Assembly (NCBI GenBank): GCA_050084515.1
Contig: CM114271.1
Coordinates: forward strand, 16,430,001-16,494,000
DNA length: 64,000 bases
Direction of reading: 5' to 3'
Source: Blasia pusilla
Lineage: Eukaryota
The notes under the pieces were generated by a model. The model worked only from the letters and a program-made list of their open reading frames with translations, was not told the origin of the DNA and searched no databases. Positions 1-12,830 of the stretch are shown in pieces; within the stretch, counting starts at the first letter, position 1, and every line of letters starts with the position of its first letter. A program made the translations under genes and the position numbers.

Positions 1-3000
1 GCAATTGGATGTTCATGTGTTTCCACACAAATAAATAATTATTATAATGAAGAATTTCCACCCAAGACCATCCTAAATAGCAAAAGAAAACCTGAGTGCC
101 ATTTGGAAGAATATACTTCGGCCAAAGTAGCTCAAAATCGTAGGAGTAGAGAGATGCTCGTGAAAACGAAGATGAATAGCCATTTAAAATTTATTCTCAA
201 AGTGGGGCCTACTTTCTTAATTTGGCTTGTTTTCCTATGTATGGTTGATCACAAATACGGATACAATTTACTAGAACTAATAGACTTGGAGCTCCAGATG
301 AAATTTTGATTACCCGTTAAGGCTCCATCCAAGAATGACCACAACGAGTGTGACTTAAATGATAAAAACACCAAACAACTTTACCGTGTATGGTCGGACA
401 GTAGAGTGTAGCTTAAATGATGGAAAAATCAAATAACTTTACGAGTGTATGGTCCAACAGTAGTCTGTGCACCTATAGATGGTAAGTCACTTTTCTTTGA
501 GGAAGTGTTACATGTATTGCAATTGTGAATAATTTTCTCATCAACCTTCACATGATTCAGATAAATGTATTGCAAGGTTAGAGACAATGGGAACTGCAGT
601 TCCTACACGACTTTTCTTGAATCCTGATCTGTCCAATCATACTAGGAGGGTATTCACCCGTGATACAATTGTCCATCACACCTCCTCCATGTTTCACATG
701 TGCAAGAATTCACCTCCATTGACACCAGAAACTTCATGGAGTGTGGCTTGTTATCTTGCAAGCATGTAAAAGAGGACGGATCAAGTCTAAATTTCAAATT
801 AAGTAAGCAAGATGCCAATTTCCTCATTATCATGAAAAAGGTGATGGCTTGTGCCAACTTCCACACACTATCAAAAGAGATGACAGAACTCCCTTTGAGT
901 TGTGTTGTTTTAGTGCTGAACTCAGATTGTCTTCTATTGCCTTTTTCCTTCCTTGGTTGACCAGTATAAACCCTCTCCATCACTTGCAGCATGAGAATAT
1001 CCTTTTTCATCGCCCTTGACCAACGACCCTATCTCACACACAATCGTATTAAAAAGTTAAGTAAAAGGTTAAGGCACCCCTCCAATGCTCCTTATCCCAA
1101 CCTCAGATGGAAGCTCCGAACTGATAACTTGACCTCGCAGAATAGGGAAGGACAGGCTAAAACCATTCAGCGGATTAACCTAATTGATCGACTGAATTCA
1201 CCTTCCGGTACTATAAACCCCAACTGCTGACCCCACCCTAACATGATGCATTAAGTCCGAGTAAGGAAGGCTTAGATAGACCATTCAGCTGATTCACTTC
1301 GTCTAAAATCCAGTGATATAAACCCAACTCATGATCTCATAATAAGATGAGACACTCCGTCTAATTTAGAGAGGCAGACGATCAACTCTGGACTCCCCAT
1401 TCTCTAGACATGGCATCTTTATCCTAGGCAGGATGAGGACTGTCACAGGACAATTGTAAGCCCAAAGCAACATGAAATACCTGGTGAAGCATGATCATGA
1501 TGCAACTGATGCTGCTGCACATTTCAAGTAACATGACCCTTCATCAGAATCACAAACACAGAAAACTTTGAAATCAATTCACTCTAATGTCTACAAGCCT
1601 TCTTGTTGGTGGACCCTACCTCGTTCATGAGCAAGGAGATACTACTGGATCACAAGCTTCCGAGAACGGAAATTCCATCTCAATTTTCTGTTTTCCATTA
1701 TGCATTCTTTCTCCATGAACAATTCTCTCTGGTACCACCCTGCCTCACTATTGGATACTAGAAGGAAGATCGACATGAAGGGATATATTTGGCAAATGAG
1801 GGAAGGACTTCCTAATTATCCATTCCTTTCGCAGCTTTGTGAGGCCTTCCTTAATTGCTGAGATCCCAAGCCCTTGGCATGCGGTCATGATACCAGTGAG
1901 GAAAAAGTTTCTAGGATCCTTGCAAGGTGTAGAACATCTGCTAGGTCAACACATGACTTTGGAGCAACTCATCACACTATGGTTGAGACATAATTGGACT
2001 TGCAAGACAGCAGTGGTTAAGGATTTGCGTCTTGCCAGATGAGTAAGAAATATCCATTTTACAAAAAACGCTGACCTCATGGGCATCCACAACAAATCAC
2101 TGCCCTAGATCAAACCTGCACCTCTCAGTTGCCTAAACTACTAACTAAATCTTGACTGCATTTCCATATGGCGTGTGGAACCCAACACCATCCTAATGGT
2201 GTTCTAATCCACTCCCACACTTTGAAAAGTTAGTTCAGAAGATTGGTTAGATTCATCAGAAGTGATTAAGGACATTATCCCATGAACATCACACAAAATA
2301 CCAGAGGCAGAGGCTAGCCCCTAAGAAGCTAAACTCTTCACTGCTCCTTGAATATCTGGAGTCTCATGAATATACACCATCCATAAACATATCATCCAAG
2401 CCTCTGCCTTTAATCATCTGCCAGAGGAACATGCAGAAAAGAGATCAGACCAATTGGCCGGCTATCAAACTGAACGGCCTGATTCAGTATGGGGGTGAGC
2501 AGACATCTGATCCATCACATATTTTCCCCAGTCTTTGAAAAACCATAATAGGAGGCTAACGTTCGAGAAGACCCAAGCGTGACTCACGTTACCACTGATC
2601 CGATGCCTTTTCTCCTAGCCCTAAATCTAAAAGCTTGATTCTCCCATTAACATAAAGAACTATTTAAGGATAAAGAGGAGATGGATTCTGCACCTTTTGC
2701 ATAGGATGGGTGACGACATCCGGGAGAGGGTATACAAAAGTGCCCAAGGAAAACCAAAGTGAAAGATGGTCACCCTAAGAAAAGGAGGGACAGTGAGAAC
2801 ACATCCACAAGTGATCTTGAAAGTGTATGTTTGGGGCAAGAAGCCACTTTAATTTAGACACAAAAGATTAAACTAGTACAATGTCAAACAAACTCTATTG
2901 AATACATAAGATTGGCCCGGAACAAGAGTTGAGCCTAAATGCATCTTTGAAAGCCAACAAGCATCTTCTTGGAAAACATTCTGTCCCGTGATTGTCTACC

Positions 3001-3202
3001 AAAAATTGCTTGAGGCCAATCTTGGTCTAACCCATACTCGCTCGCTTGTGGGGTTTGTGTAGATTTCTTGACATTGTGGACATAAGCTTGTCAATTGACC
3101 TTCAGGAAGAAGAAAAGAGTTACCCTGCGAAGTTCGAAAACCTTGAGGTACTTACCGAGTCAAAAAGATTCAAGGCGTCAATCTGTCCACAATTCACAGT
3201 AC

Positions 3203-5227
3203 TCAGCTGGAGAAAGACTTCCTTCTCTGCGTCATTGATCCAGATGATCCCTCAAACAGATCATTCAAGCTTGCCTCCACATCTTCAGCTGAAAATTTGA
3301 TGTACTTCTCTGGGTGCTTCCCAGTTTCCAGATAACCCCGATATCGGCCCAGGAAGGCACGATACGCAGCCAGAACCTTGTCGGCGATGGATATCCGGAG
3401 TTCATCGCGCAGCTGCGAGTCCGGGACAATCCAACTTGACTGCACCTTATGTACGTCCTCAAAAGCTGCGTTGAAGCTTCTGAACCTGTCCTTGAGCACC
3501 ACACGAGAAACACCACTCGCAGCATTGCCAGTTGCGTGTATACCCTCGTCTCTCAAGCATGCTAGAACTCTGCCCCAAGCTGCTCTTTGGTAACTTGTAG
3601 CATGCTGCCGCACCATAGCATTGTGCCTTCGAACCCAGTCATCGCCCAGTAAGCCGCGTACTTCCGAGTTCTTCACCTTTTGGGCGATGTAGTGCACATT
3701 ATTCATAAGAAAAAGGTAGGTCAAAGCGGGGTCTTTGTACAACTTCGACTTACCTTCTAAATTGTTCTCCAGAACATGCGTAATCCAGATGGTTTGTACC
3801 GCTAATGGAGACTTGTCGTTGTTCTTTGTTTTACCGTCATCTCCCAGGAAGTCAGTCAGGCCGTTGGTTTCCTCCCCTAGCAGCTTCGGAACTTCCTTCT
3901 TCTTGTCTCCGAAGAGTTGCTTCAAAGTCTCCGTGTAATCGAAGAGAAACCTGATATAATTCATGACATATTGAGTGAGGGCGTGTACAGCGCCTCCAGC
4001 CGCTGCAGTTCTGGATGTATCACGATGGATGGCGTTTTCGAACTCGGCGAATGTTGCCCGCGCGGCCTCTCCCAGCCGCATCAAAATTCCGGCCGCGTCC
4101 GACCTCACGCTAGCACAACCCTCTCCAGTGAAGATCGCCTCAATCTCGGGGCTAAGATCCCGTAGTGTCTCGTACATATCAAGCAGCTTGAACAGTTTTT
4201 CCGGGGACCGCCGACTTGCGGCAATGGCTTCACTGAAACTCAAAAGCTGCATTATTGAACTCTTCGCTACATCAGAGAAACAGGTTTCGCGCGTGGTGAC
4301 GAAGTCGGCGAAAACCTCATCACATAAGCGCCACTCGCTGGCAAACAGGACCTTGACGGACACTTTCATGGCCTGAATCCACTTCTTTACCCTGCCCTCC
4401 AATATGTCCCAAGGCATTTTCTGCACTTCATCGATGGTGAGCTTCTCTACTCCCAGCCTTCCCAAGCTTTCTTCCAGAGCGTTTCTCCTAATACATGCAT
4501 AAACCTGACAGCAGTCTCGTGAATACCCCGCCAAGATCATACGCCGCGCGATGTCACTCAGATGCGACACAATCTCCGGGGAGATCAGATCCAGCTGCAA
4601 GTCGGCTACAGGTCGCGCGACGGGCACATCCTCCTCTTCCCCTTCCTCACCAGAACTGTTGACTTCTGTCGCCGCTTCGGCCTCTTCTAAAGGGGAATTT
4701 CCAAAACCTCCTAGCAATGTCTCCATGAGCCACTCCGGATCTAGAGAGTCGCTGTGATTTAACAGCAAGTGGCGAAACTCGTCCTCCAATCGTGCCATCG
4801 CTAGCTGCTGGAGACTCTGCGCATGAGCTTGCACCGCGCTGCTGTTCTGTGACACCGACATAGACTCCAACAAGTTCTGCACTTCATCCACAGCCTGCAA
4901 ATACGAGTCGGACTCCTCCCCAGGGCAGTCCCATATCATACACGATCTGCCAGCCTCTGGCGCGGTCACATCCCACTGCATCACGACCTTCTCGATAGAA
5001 TCCAGGTCAGCCTCATTGCTCTCGTTGATCTCCTCCGTTGCTTCGTGGCTCGATTCGGCGGCAGAATCCGGCCTTCTGGGCAAAAGTTCATTCATGCTGG
5101 AAAAACGGTCGTCAAATTTGGACAAGATCTTCAGCATGTCATCAGTCATAGTCTCCGTTGTACCCAACGACCTCACGATATATTGCGCGGTGGCTAATAC
5201 TCTCTCCTCCCCATCAGATGCAGCCAT
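3203..5227 (-). CDS. EXO70: Exocyst subunit EXO70 family protein (intronless, EXO70.2/F-like clade), 674 aa
   Basis: Typical N-terminus ERVLATAQYIVRSLG...DMLKILSKFD; AMARLEDEFRHLL; RSPEKLFKLLDMYE; GGAVHALTQYVMNY; FLMNNVHYI; W-x-VPD-x-QLRDELR; KYIKFS-x-ED C-terminus. Uninterrupted ORF. Confidence 0.97.
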   Translation of the reverse strand: MAASDGEERVLATAQYIVRSLGTTETMTDDMLKILSKFDDRFSSMNELLPRRPDSAAESSHEATEEINESNEADLDSIEKVVMQWDVTAPEAGRSCMIWDCPGEESDSYLQAVDEVQNLLESMSVSQNSSAVQAHAQSLQQLAMARLEDEFRHLLLNHSDSLDPEWLMETLLGGFGNSPLEEAEAATEVNSSGEEGEEEDVPVARPVADLQLDLISPEIVSHLSDIARRMILAGYSRDCCQVYACIRRNALEESLGRLGVEKLTIDEVQKMPWDILEGRVKKWIQAMKVSVKVLFASEWRLCDEVFADFVTTRETCFSDVAKSSIMQLLSFSEAIAASRRSPEKLFKLLDMYETLRDLSPEIEAIFTGEGCASVRSDAAGILMRLGEAARATFAEFENAIHRDTSRTAAAGGAVHALTQYVMNYIRFLFDYTETLKQLFGDKKKEVPKLLGEETNGLTDFLGDDGKTKNNDKSPLAVQTIWITHVLENNLEGKSKLYKDPALTYLFLMNNVHYIAQKVKNSEVRGLLGDDWVRRHNAMVRQHATSYQRAAWGRVLACLRDEGIHATGNAASGVSRVVLKDRFRSFNAAFEDVHKVQSSWIVPDSQLRDELRISIADKVLAAYRAFLGRYRGYLETGKHPEKYIKFSAEDVEASLNDLFEGSSGSMTQRRKSFSS

Positions 5228-6570
5228 AGATCTTCCAGCCCCCTCTTTTTTTTCACCCCTCCTCCCGTGCCTTCGCTCCGATCAATCCAGTATTGAACGC
5301 AAAGCGCGTCCGCTCACTTTCACGGTCATCGCACACTGCTCCTATTTCTCCCTCGCTCCCCACTCTTCACTCCCTCACCCTCTCGGCCCTCCTGTACCTT
5401 CCCCAGACGCCTCCACCATCTGCCCCCGACCCGATGTAGCTCAAAACGACAGATCCAGATCCATTCGCCGTCTCTCTCTCTCTCTCTACTCGGTCGCTCG
5501 ACTCCCTCGACGGCAGCAGAAAGCGCTAAGCGAGAGAAGCAGCAAAAGGTTCGCTAGCTCGTACGCAGGCGAAGGCAAATGATGCAGAGCGGATGAGAAA
5601 AGGCCAGACCTGAACACAGCGCAAACGACTCCCGAAGACGAAGAAGAGATGCGGGGCAGGGAACCGGAGATACAGAGAAACTCCACTCCACTCCACTCCA
5701 CTCCAGGCGAAGGTCGGAACCGGAAAGGATCAACACGCGGAGGGAGAAAAAGGGAGGCACAAGCCCAGCTCACAGCGCTCGAACTGGGACGGAAGGGGTG
5801 GCCCCGGGGACACTGCAGCGAATAAGCGAGGGAGAACTGGACTGGAGTGGAGAAATGAAACACGGTTGCGCGGGATGGGTGACCGGCGACGCCGCGACCG
5901 CGGCGGGGGAAATAGCGGGTCGGACACACGGGCAGCAGGCCGGGCAGGCCGAATACCGAGCTGACGCTTGTGTGCCGCGGCGTGGCCGCAGCGATAGCGG
6001 GTCCTGCCCTTGCCGACGTGCTTTCGCGAACGAGTTCCCGCGTTCGCCTTTCCTTCCCTCGCCCTTCTCCGCCACTCACGGCGTCCGTCGACTATTTACT
6101 CCTCCCGCCGCCTTTTTAGCGCCTCCTCTACTCGCACCCCATCCGCTATCAGCCTTTCGATGGAGACGTCTATCTCCCAGCTTACCTCTGGAGCCATAAT
6201 AGCAAGCGTCATTTTTAGATGTCGTTTATAAGCACACTTTAGGTCATGCATTTTATATACCTAGGGTGGGGATATTTTTCCCCTGTTCACGGGCATGGCC
6301 AATTATCGGTTAAACCTAGCTACCCGGTCAATTACTAGGGCATTACCGAACTTGCTCTGAGTTTTTATTAAAAAAGAAAATTTATATTGAGCTGATGAAG
6401 TAAGCATGTTTGGAAATTTTGGAGGCTAAACCATGGATCATCATTAGTACCCATCTATGTTATTAACAAAGGAGGGGTTCTTCATTTGTGAATAGTCCCT
6501 CGGCTTGGCTTGGCTTGGCTTGGCAAGTGTCATTTGGATAATAAGATAAATTTTTATGATCTATTAGTTG

Positions 6571-6784
6571 TCTAATTTATATTATCATTAGAGAGTGCCT
6601 CTTTATTTGGAGATCGCTTTTCCTTTTTGACACAAGTCCTTTTAAGTCACTAAAATTGTTCGTTGTCGAAACCAATAGGATCGTTCAAATTCAATTGTAC
6701 GCTTAGGATGGGTAATTTCAAAATTATACACGGATGTCTAATTTTGAAATTATCCGTCCTAAACATTGCATAGGCACAAGCTAG
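6571..6784 (+). mobile_element. Non-autonomous mini-Helitron (family B)
   Basis: Starts TC(T/A)ATTTATATTATCATTAGAGAGTGCCTC and ends CTAG|T. Clearly homologous to the reverse complement of 30531-30701. Confidence 0.6.
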
Positions 6785-6970
6785 TGTGTTATTATGGGAG
6801 AACATATTCTTGATTTTCAAACATATATTTCATTGACACATGCACTTGGGAAAAAATCAACGCAATAAGAAAAAATTTGTGTGAAACATAATTTTTCACA
6901 ACTAATCATATGGAGGGCGCGGGATGCACAATATGTTTTCTTACATCTATGCATCTTACTTTTATTTGTA

Positions 6971-7184
6971 CTAGTAAGATAACCGTGCCATGCACAGAAA
7001 ATAAATAGGTGTCTGAAGAGCTTTTGCTAGTGTATAACCTATGAAGGGACTAATGATGTATACAAATTCAAAAAAATTTCTTACTGCCCGTAGCTTGTGA
7101 AATATTTTTTTGTCGTCAAGTTGCCATGTATCAAACAGAGAGGTGTTTGCAAATCAAGAAGGAACTCTCCAATAATAATATAGA
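6971..7184 (-). mobile_element. Non-autonomous mini-Helitron (family A), 214 bp
   Basis: Minus strand reads TCTATATTATTATTGGAGAG...CTGTGCATGGCACGG (hairpin)...CTAG. Sits between A and T with no TSD. Homologous to 26261-26431. Confidence 0.8.
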
Positions 7185-7435
7185 TATATATAAGGTGCCC
7201 ATACGATACATAGACGTAAGAAAGGGTCAATAGAAAAATTGGATCAATACATTTAGGGTCAAACTTTTAAGGCCTCTACAAATAGGTCTTCAATTTTATC
7301 CTTCTTCGGGATAGCTCCACCACTAGAACAAATCATAGTTTTAATAACTGGCTCATATGACTCATTTTAGTCATATATAACCATAAATGAATGGCCTTGA
7401 CTGGTGACTCATGGAGTCACAAAAGCCTAGTCATG

Positions 7436-7788
7436 TGTAACCATCCTTTGTTTGTCATAGTTAAGTTAGAATCTATGACATGAAGCGCATAAGTGGGAAA
7501 GAATCAACCAAAAAGAGAAAAGACAAGATACATGAGATAAAGATGAGAGTGGGGCCATAGGTTGGTGAAAAGGGAGATAAGGATGAGGTCGAGGAAGATG
7601 AGGTTGGGACATTAGACTCCAAAGGAGATTCTCTCATGCTATGAGAGTAGGACATGTGGCATAAGGATAGGTAGAGCTAATTTGTCTTCATTATACCTAT
7701 CTCTAAGTATATAAAGGAAGAGGAGAGGCCTTGAGGGCATTCTACCTTTGAGCAACTCTAGAGTGGTTCCGTGAACTGGAGAGTTACA
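7436..7788 (+). repeat. 5' LTR of Ty3/Gypsy element 1
   Basis: TGTAAC...GTTACA 6-bp terminal inverted repeat, TATATAA near 7708, directly followed by the PBS. Confidence 0.75.
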
Positions 7789-7789
7789 A

Positions 7790-7801
7790 TGGTATCAGAG
7801 C
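7790..7801 (+). promoter_or_regulatory. Primer-binding site (tRNA-iMet) of Ty3/Gypsy element 1
   Basis: TGGTATCAGAGC one base after the LTR-terminal CA. Confidence 0.9.
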
Positions 7802-8419
7802 AAGGTTGCTCTTCCAACGAGAGTGGATTACCCCTCTTGGAAGGATGACTAAGTAATGATATACTGTTTAGAGTAGATAGGTTGTTAGAGGGTGGCACTG
7901 GCTATAGAGCTGCAAGTAGAGTAAGGGGGAAGGGTTGTTTTGCAGGTAATGGATGGAGGGGGAGCGAGAGTGGCTCCTAATTTCCCGTTTCTTAATCCGT
8001 TCACCATCAAACTCTTATATGTAGATAGACACTGGTTCACGAGATACCTCGTATATCACTTTGGTGAAGTTTTCATGACGGAAGTGATGGAGTCTCGCTA
8101 TCCGGTGATCCTCCCTATTGTTACATATGATCGTGTGTGGGATTGCACTATTTATATATTGTTTTAGAGGAGATATGGGCAATGGATTTGAATAGGCCCC
8201 CACAAGTGTTTTTTAACACTCGATGTATAGCCCATGTGGTTTTTCAACCTAAGATAGCATATAGAGAGTTTATGGTGAGGAAGTTTGGTCAAGAGTATTA
8301 TAATGAAGTCATTGCGTCAACACTGCCTTTTGTAGTCCCTATTGTGCAAAGTTGGCAGGTGTATATCTTGATCTTATATTAGAGTGATAGTAAAGGGTCA
8401 GGGGAAAGTCGGAGCGATC

Positions 8420-9575
8420 ATGGAAGAAACTTTGAGGGATATGATTCGTGAATTGAGAGAGTTGAGAGTTGCATTTGATCAAAGTTAAAACCAAGTCCAA
8501 GAATTAGCGCAAGAAGTTGCTTCGGTCAGAAATATGAGAGTAGAGAGAGAGAGAGAGAGTTCTTCCGATAGGTGGGATGGAGACGGAAACCACGAGTGTT
8601 GTGACTTCTGGGGAGAGTGACGAAACCTTAAGGGCACGAGCATTGGAGGCCCAAGCAGCACAAAGAGTGATGGAGATGAATGCTCAAGCCTCATTGATAT
8701 TGAAAATGACAAAGGCATGCAAGGTAGAACCGTACAAAGGAAGTCGAGCCATGGGGGTATTAGAGGGTTGGATCACTCGGATGGAAATCCATTTATCCCT
8801 TTTCAACATTGATGATCATATTGCAGGGATGTTCGTAAGATCTTGGTTAATCGATCGAGCATTGACATGGTATCAAGGATGGGAGAGATCCTTGATTGAA
8901 ACAACTCAACAAATTACATGGAGCGGAATGAAGCAAGGGCTGCTCCAAAATTTCCAAGCTGTGGATCCAATCCTCAGTGCTAGAATGAAATTATGGCGAC
9001 TGGAGCAGAAAGGAAATGTGGAGGACTACATCGAAGAGTTTCGTGACTTGCATATACAAATCCGCGACATGAGTGGGCCAGAAGCTCTCGATCTGTTTAA
9101 GAGAGGTTTGAAGAAGAAGGTGCGTCAAGAGGTGATTCGAGACAACCCAAAAGATATCAATGAAGCAATCGCACGTGCCCAACGTATGGCAAATGTGTAC
9201 GAAGGAGGAGGAGAGGTGGTTGCTTCCATGAACAACCACTACGGACCCACACCCATGGAGTTGGGTAACCTTCGAGCACGAGATGGTTATGCGCCGCGAA
9301 GGTATAATGGAAGGGTGCCAATGGAGAGAGATCAGAATCTCAACATACAAGGGATTGCTCCTCAAACCGACGGGGTCGGGGTTCCTAGAGGAGGGAGAGA
9401 ATTCGAAGTCCGAAGAGATACACGCCAATGTTTTGAGTGTGGTAGATATGGTCATATAGCCATGAATTGTCGTCTTCGTAGGCTCGAAAATAGGCCATAT
9501 CATCGCCCCCTTAATCATCTTGAAGGAGGGCATATGCAGGAAGATGACGAAGAAGGCGGACCTCTGGAAAGCTAA
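8420..9575 (+). pseudogene. gag: gag of Ty3/Gypsy element 1
   Basis: Probable ATG at 8420 (MEETLRDMIREL, coiled-coil-like), then an in-frame stop and a frameshift near a GA run, then ORF 8577-9575 with capsid and CCHC knuckle. Confidence 0.85.
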
Positions 9576-11807
9576 CCACCACGATGTCGCGCCTCGCGGA
9601 TATACTGGTTCTAACAAAATGAGGAAAGGCGAGGGTCGACACAAACATGTGGAGGTAAATGGTTTGAAGAGAGGAGAAACACGTCTCATTGTTATAGACG
9701 GGGAAGTAGAAGGATCCCAAGTTAGAGTGTTGATTGATCCTGGGGCAACAGAAAACTTCCTTTCAAGAGCCATAGCTATGAAATTGGGCTTAGCTTTAGA
9801 GAGGGATCAAAAAGAAGAGGTAGAATTACCAAACGGGCAAACAGAAAAGATTGAGAAGCTTCCTCGAAGGGTAGAGTTGAGGATAGGAAAGTATCTAGAA
9901 GAGTTGGAGATGAAGGTCATTAGGTTAGCACGTTATGATGTTATCTTGGGAATGCCTTGGATGGAACAGTATAATCCAGAGGTAGATTGGAGAAAAAAAA
10001 CTGTGAAGACCCGAGAGTGGAAGCTTTACGGAGACAGAGTCAGATCACGTCCTAGAACCCTATCCCTATATGTAATAGGAAAAACCGCCATCAAACATCA
10101 AGATCTATGTTTCCTAGGTTTAATAAGAGATGTTTATGGTTTGAAAAAATATTCAGAGGTACCAGACGAGTTGAGAGAAGTATTGGAGGAATACAAAGAT
10201 GTATTCCCAAATGATTTACCATTAGGGTTACCACCCAAACGGAGCGTAGACCACAAGATTGAGATCCTTCCAGGAAGCACATCACCATGTAAAGCTCCTT
10301 ACCGCTTAGCTCCAAGAAAATTAGAAGAATGCAAAGCCCAAGTGGAGGAGATGCTGCAGAAAGGCTTCATCCAACCAAGCGTCTCGCCATATGGAGCCCC
10401 TGTCCTTTTTGTGAAAAAGAAGGATGGAAGCATGCGACTGTGTATCGACTATCGAGCACTGAATCAACAAACAGTCAAAAACAAATATCCATTACCAAGA
10501 ATGGATGATTTGTTCGACCAACTACAAGGAGCAAAATACTTCACAAAACTTGACCTTCGTAGCGGCTACAACCAAATTCGAATTGCGGATGAAGATGTGC
10601 ACAAGACGCCAGTACTAGGTATGGACACTTTGAATACTTAGTCATGCCATTTGGTCTTACTAATGCACCTGCAACCTTTATGGGCCTAATGAATGATATC
10701 TTTCGTCCATATTTAGACAAGTCTGTCACTGTATTCTTAGATGATATCTTAGTCTATAGTAAAACGATAGAGGAGCATATAAATCATCTACGATAAGTCC
10801 TTCAAATCCTAGGAGATAATGAGTTGTATGCTAAAGCATCAAAATATGAGTTCGGTAAAATAGAAGTTGATTATCTAGGGCATCGAGTAAGCGCAAAAGG
10901 TATCCAAGTGATGGGTGAGAAGGTAGAAGCGATCCAAAAATGGAGTGCACCTGAGGATCAAACTCAATTGAAGAGTTTTCTAGGGTTAACAGGATTCTAT
11001 CGAAGATTTGTCAAAGGTTTTGCTCAAATTGCACAATCCTTAACATCTTTACTAGGGAAGGGACAAAAATGGAATTGGGGCACATCACAAGAGATTGCTT
11101 TTCAATCATTAAAGGATGCCTTGATCAAAGCCCCTATATTGAAGTGGTATGATCCTAATCGACCCATCAAGTTGGCCACAGATGCTTCAGGTACTAGCAT
11201 TGGAGGAATACTACAACAAGAATGGGAGGATGGATGACATCCTATTGCCTTCTTTTCTCACAAGCTATTGCCAGCGGAGCAAAATTACCATACAATTGAG
11301 CGAGAAGAACTTGCTATTGTGTTGGCAAACAAGCATTGGAAACATTACTTGGGCGATAAGGAGGTTGTGGTGGAGACTGATCACAAGCCCTTGGTCTACT
11401 TAGAGTCCCAGAAGGAGCTCTCCAAACGTCAAATTCGATGGGCAGAATGGCGACAACAATTCATGATGAGAATTATCTATGTGGAAGGAAAGAAGCAGTT
11501 GGCAGACGCCTTGACTCGTATACCACACATGAATAACATATCTGAAGTGGAGATTCACTCTAGTTGGTGGAAAAAGTTATCCAAAGCCACAAAGGAGGAT
11601 GAAGAAATTACAGTGGCTATTCATGCCAACAGAGTATACAAGGCTAAAGGATTGGTTTTCCATAAAGGTAAAGTATGGATCCCACAAGATCCACAATTAC
11701 GCACTGAAGTATTGTCTGAAGCTCACGACACAGTCATTGCGGGTCATATGGGAGCTGAAAAAACCTTAGAGGGATTACAACGAGTTGTGATAGAAACTTG
11801 GTTTTGA
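9520..11807 (+). pseudogene. pol: pol (PR-RT-RNaseH-partial IN) of Ty3/Gypsy element 1
   Basis: ORF pieces 9520-10641, 10824-11237 and 11268-11807 carry consecutive pol motifs, with a frameshift near 10610 and internal stops. Confidence 0.92.
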
Positions 11808-12581
11808 TATCTCAGCCAATAAGGTTTCTTGTCCTCTCATCCAATATGATCTCTTGATCATTTCAAGTTGATTTAAGAGATCACTTAACAATTTTGGAGG
11901 TTAGTTAAGTGATTAGTCATACTTTTCTCTTAATATTAGGTAGTTTAAATTATTCATCATTGACTTATGTATGGCACTTGCATCCACTACTGCTTTTAAA
12001 GTAGTAAAATAATAGGTCCCAAGATATTATAGGTTTCTCTCCCCAAACTTGAGTGATATGAATTGGGATGAGAAACTTATGATATTAAGTGTTGATTTTC
12101 ATCAAGTCCTCCCATTTTCTTATTCTTCATGAAGTTTTATAGTCGAATATAAAATGTATTCGTATGGTCTCAAGTAAGGGTTGTGAAGGTTTGAAAAATA
12201 TTGGAGTCTATAATTTAGAAAGTACTTATTGAATGTTAATTACTCTCTCAATAATTATGCATACACTCTTCAATTTTTTTGATAACATGTTCATCTCTAC
12301 CTTGGATTGATTCTTTGTACATTGAGCAAGTTATCATCAATAAGCTTTCGTTGATTGGGTATCCAAGATTGGAAAGGATCATGTGCCTTTAGCTTTGGAC
12401 ATTGGAGACGACCTTAGAGGATTTGAGTCATATTTATCATATTGATGTTTTGAAAATACATGCATGCCTTTTGCGTCCACATTGTTTCTCATTAAAGATT
12501 GGTTTATTGATTGTGTTCTTGCAAACTACGAATGGCTTAAAAGGATGAGATAAGGGCATTTAGTTGGTGATGTAGTGATTT

Positions 12582-12830
12582 ATGCAATATGTCATAGGTG
12601 TTGAGAGTTTTATAGGAAATAAGATTAGGGAGAAAATATATGTTCCACAAATTCTGTTGATTTTATGTGATTATGAGTTGCCTTTTGATTTGCGTAGATT
12701 TGAATTTCCCATTCTCCCAAAGTTTGCCATGATTACTGATAAGAGGGAAGGTCAAAGCCTTGAAAAGGTTGGGCTGTTTGCATCATCTCATGTCTTTTCT
12801 CATGGCCAATTTTATGTGCATTATCTCGAT
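12582..12830 (+). pseudogene. Degenerate Helitron-type PIF1 helicase C-terminal fragment
   Basis: LPFDLRRFEFPILPKFAMITDKREGQSLEKVGL...VFSHGQFYV matches the PIF1/Helitron consensus RRQFP..AFAMTINKSQGQSL..VG....VFSHGQLYVA. Confidence 0.85.

Larger units (their letters stand above)
7436..11790 (+). mobile_element. Ty3/Gypsy (chromovirus-like) LTR retrotransposon, 3'-truncated and disabled
   Basis: LTR-PBS, gag (W-x-LEQKG-x-VEDYIEEF, [21 protein letters not shown]), protease (VLIDPGA), RT ([30 protein letters not shown]), RNase H (TDAS, ELAIV, TDHKPL) and integrase Zn-finger start (EAHD...GHMG). Ends abruptly, with stops and frameshifts. Confidence 0.95.

Noticed and set aside
500-2850. Possible decayed L1-type LINE ORF1/endonuclease on the minus strand
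   Set aside because: Only vague compositional hints; no motif I can state with confidence.
3265-6231. Many antisense or overlapping ORFs on EXO70 and its GC-rich upstream region
   Set aside because: Shadow ORFs expected from codon bias and high GC; no recognisable domains.
6969-6975. Two Helitrons apparently sharing one CTAG tail-to-tail (also at 38258)
   Set aside because: The CTAG is fully accounted for by the minus-strand element inserted at an AT site, so simple nesting explains it.
9520-9575. Programmed gag-pol frameshift in Ty3 element 1
   Set aside because: The overlap implies a +1 shift with no clear slippery site, and the copy has other random lesions, so this cannot be distinguished from mutation.
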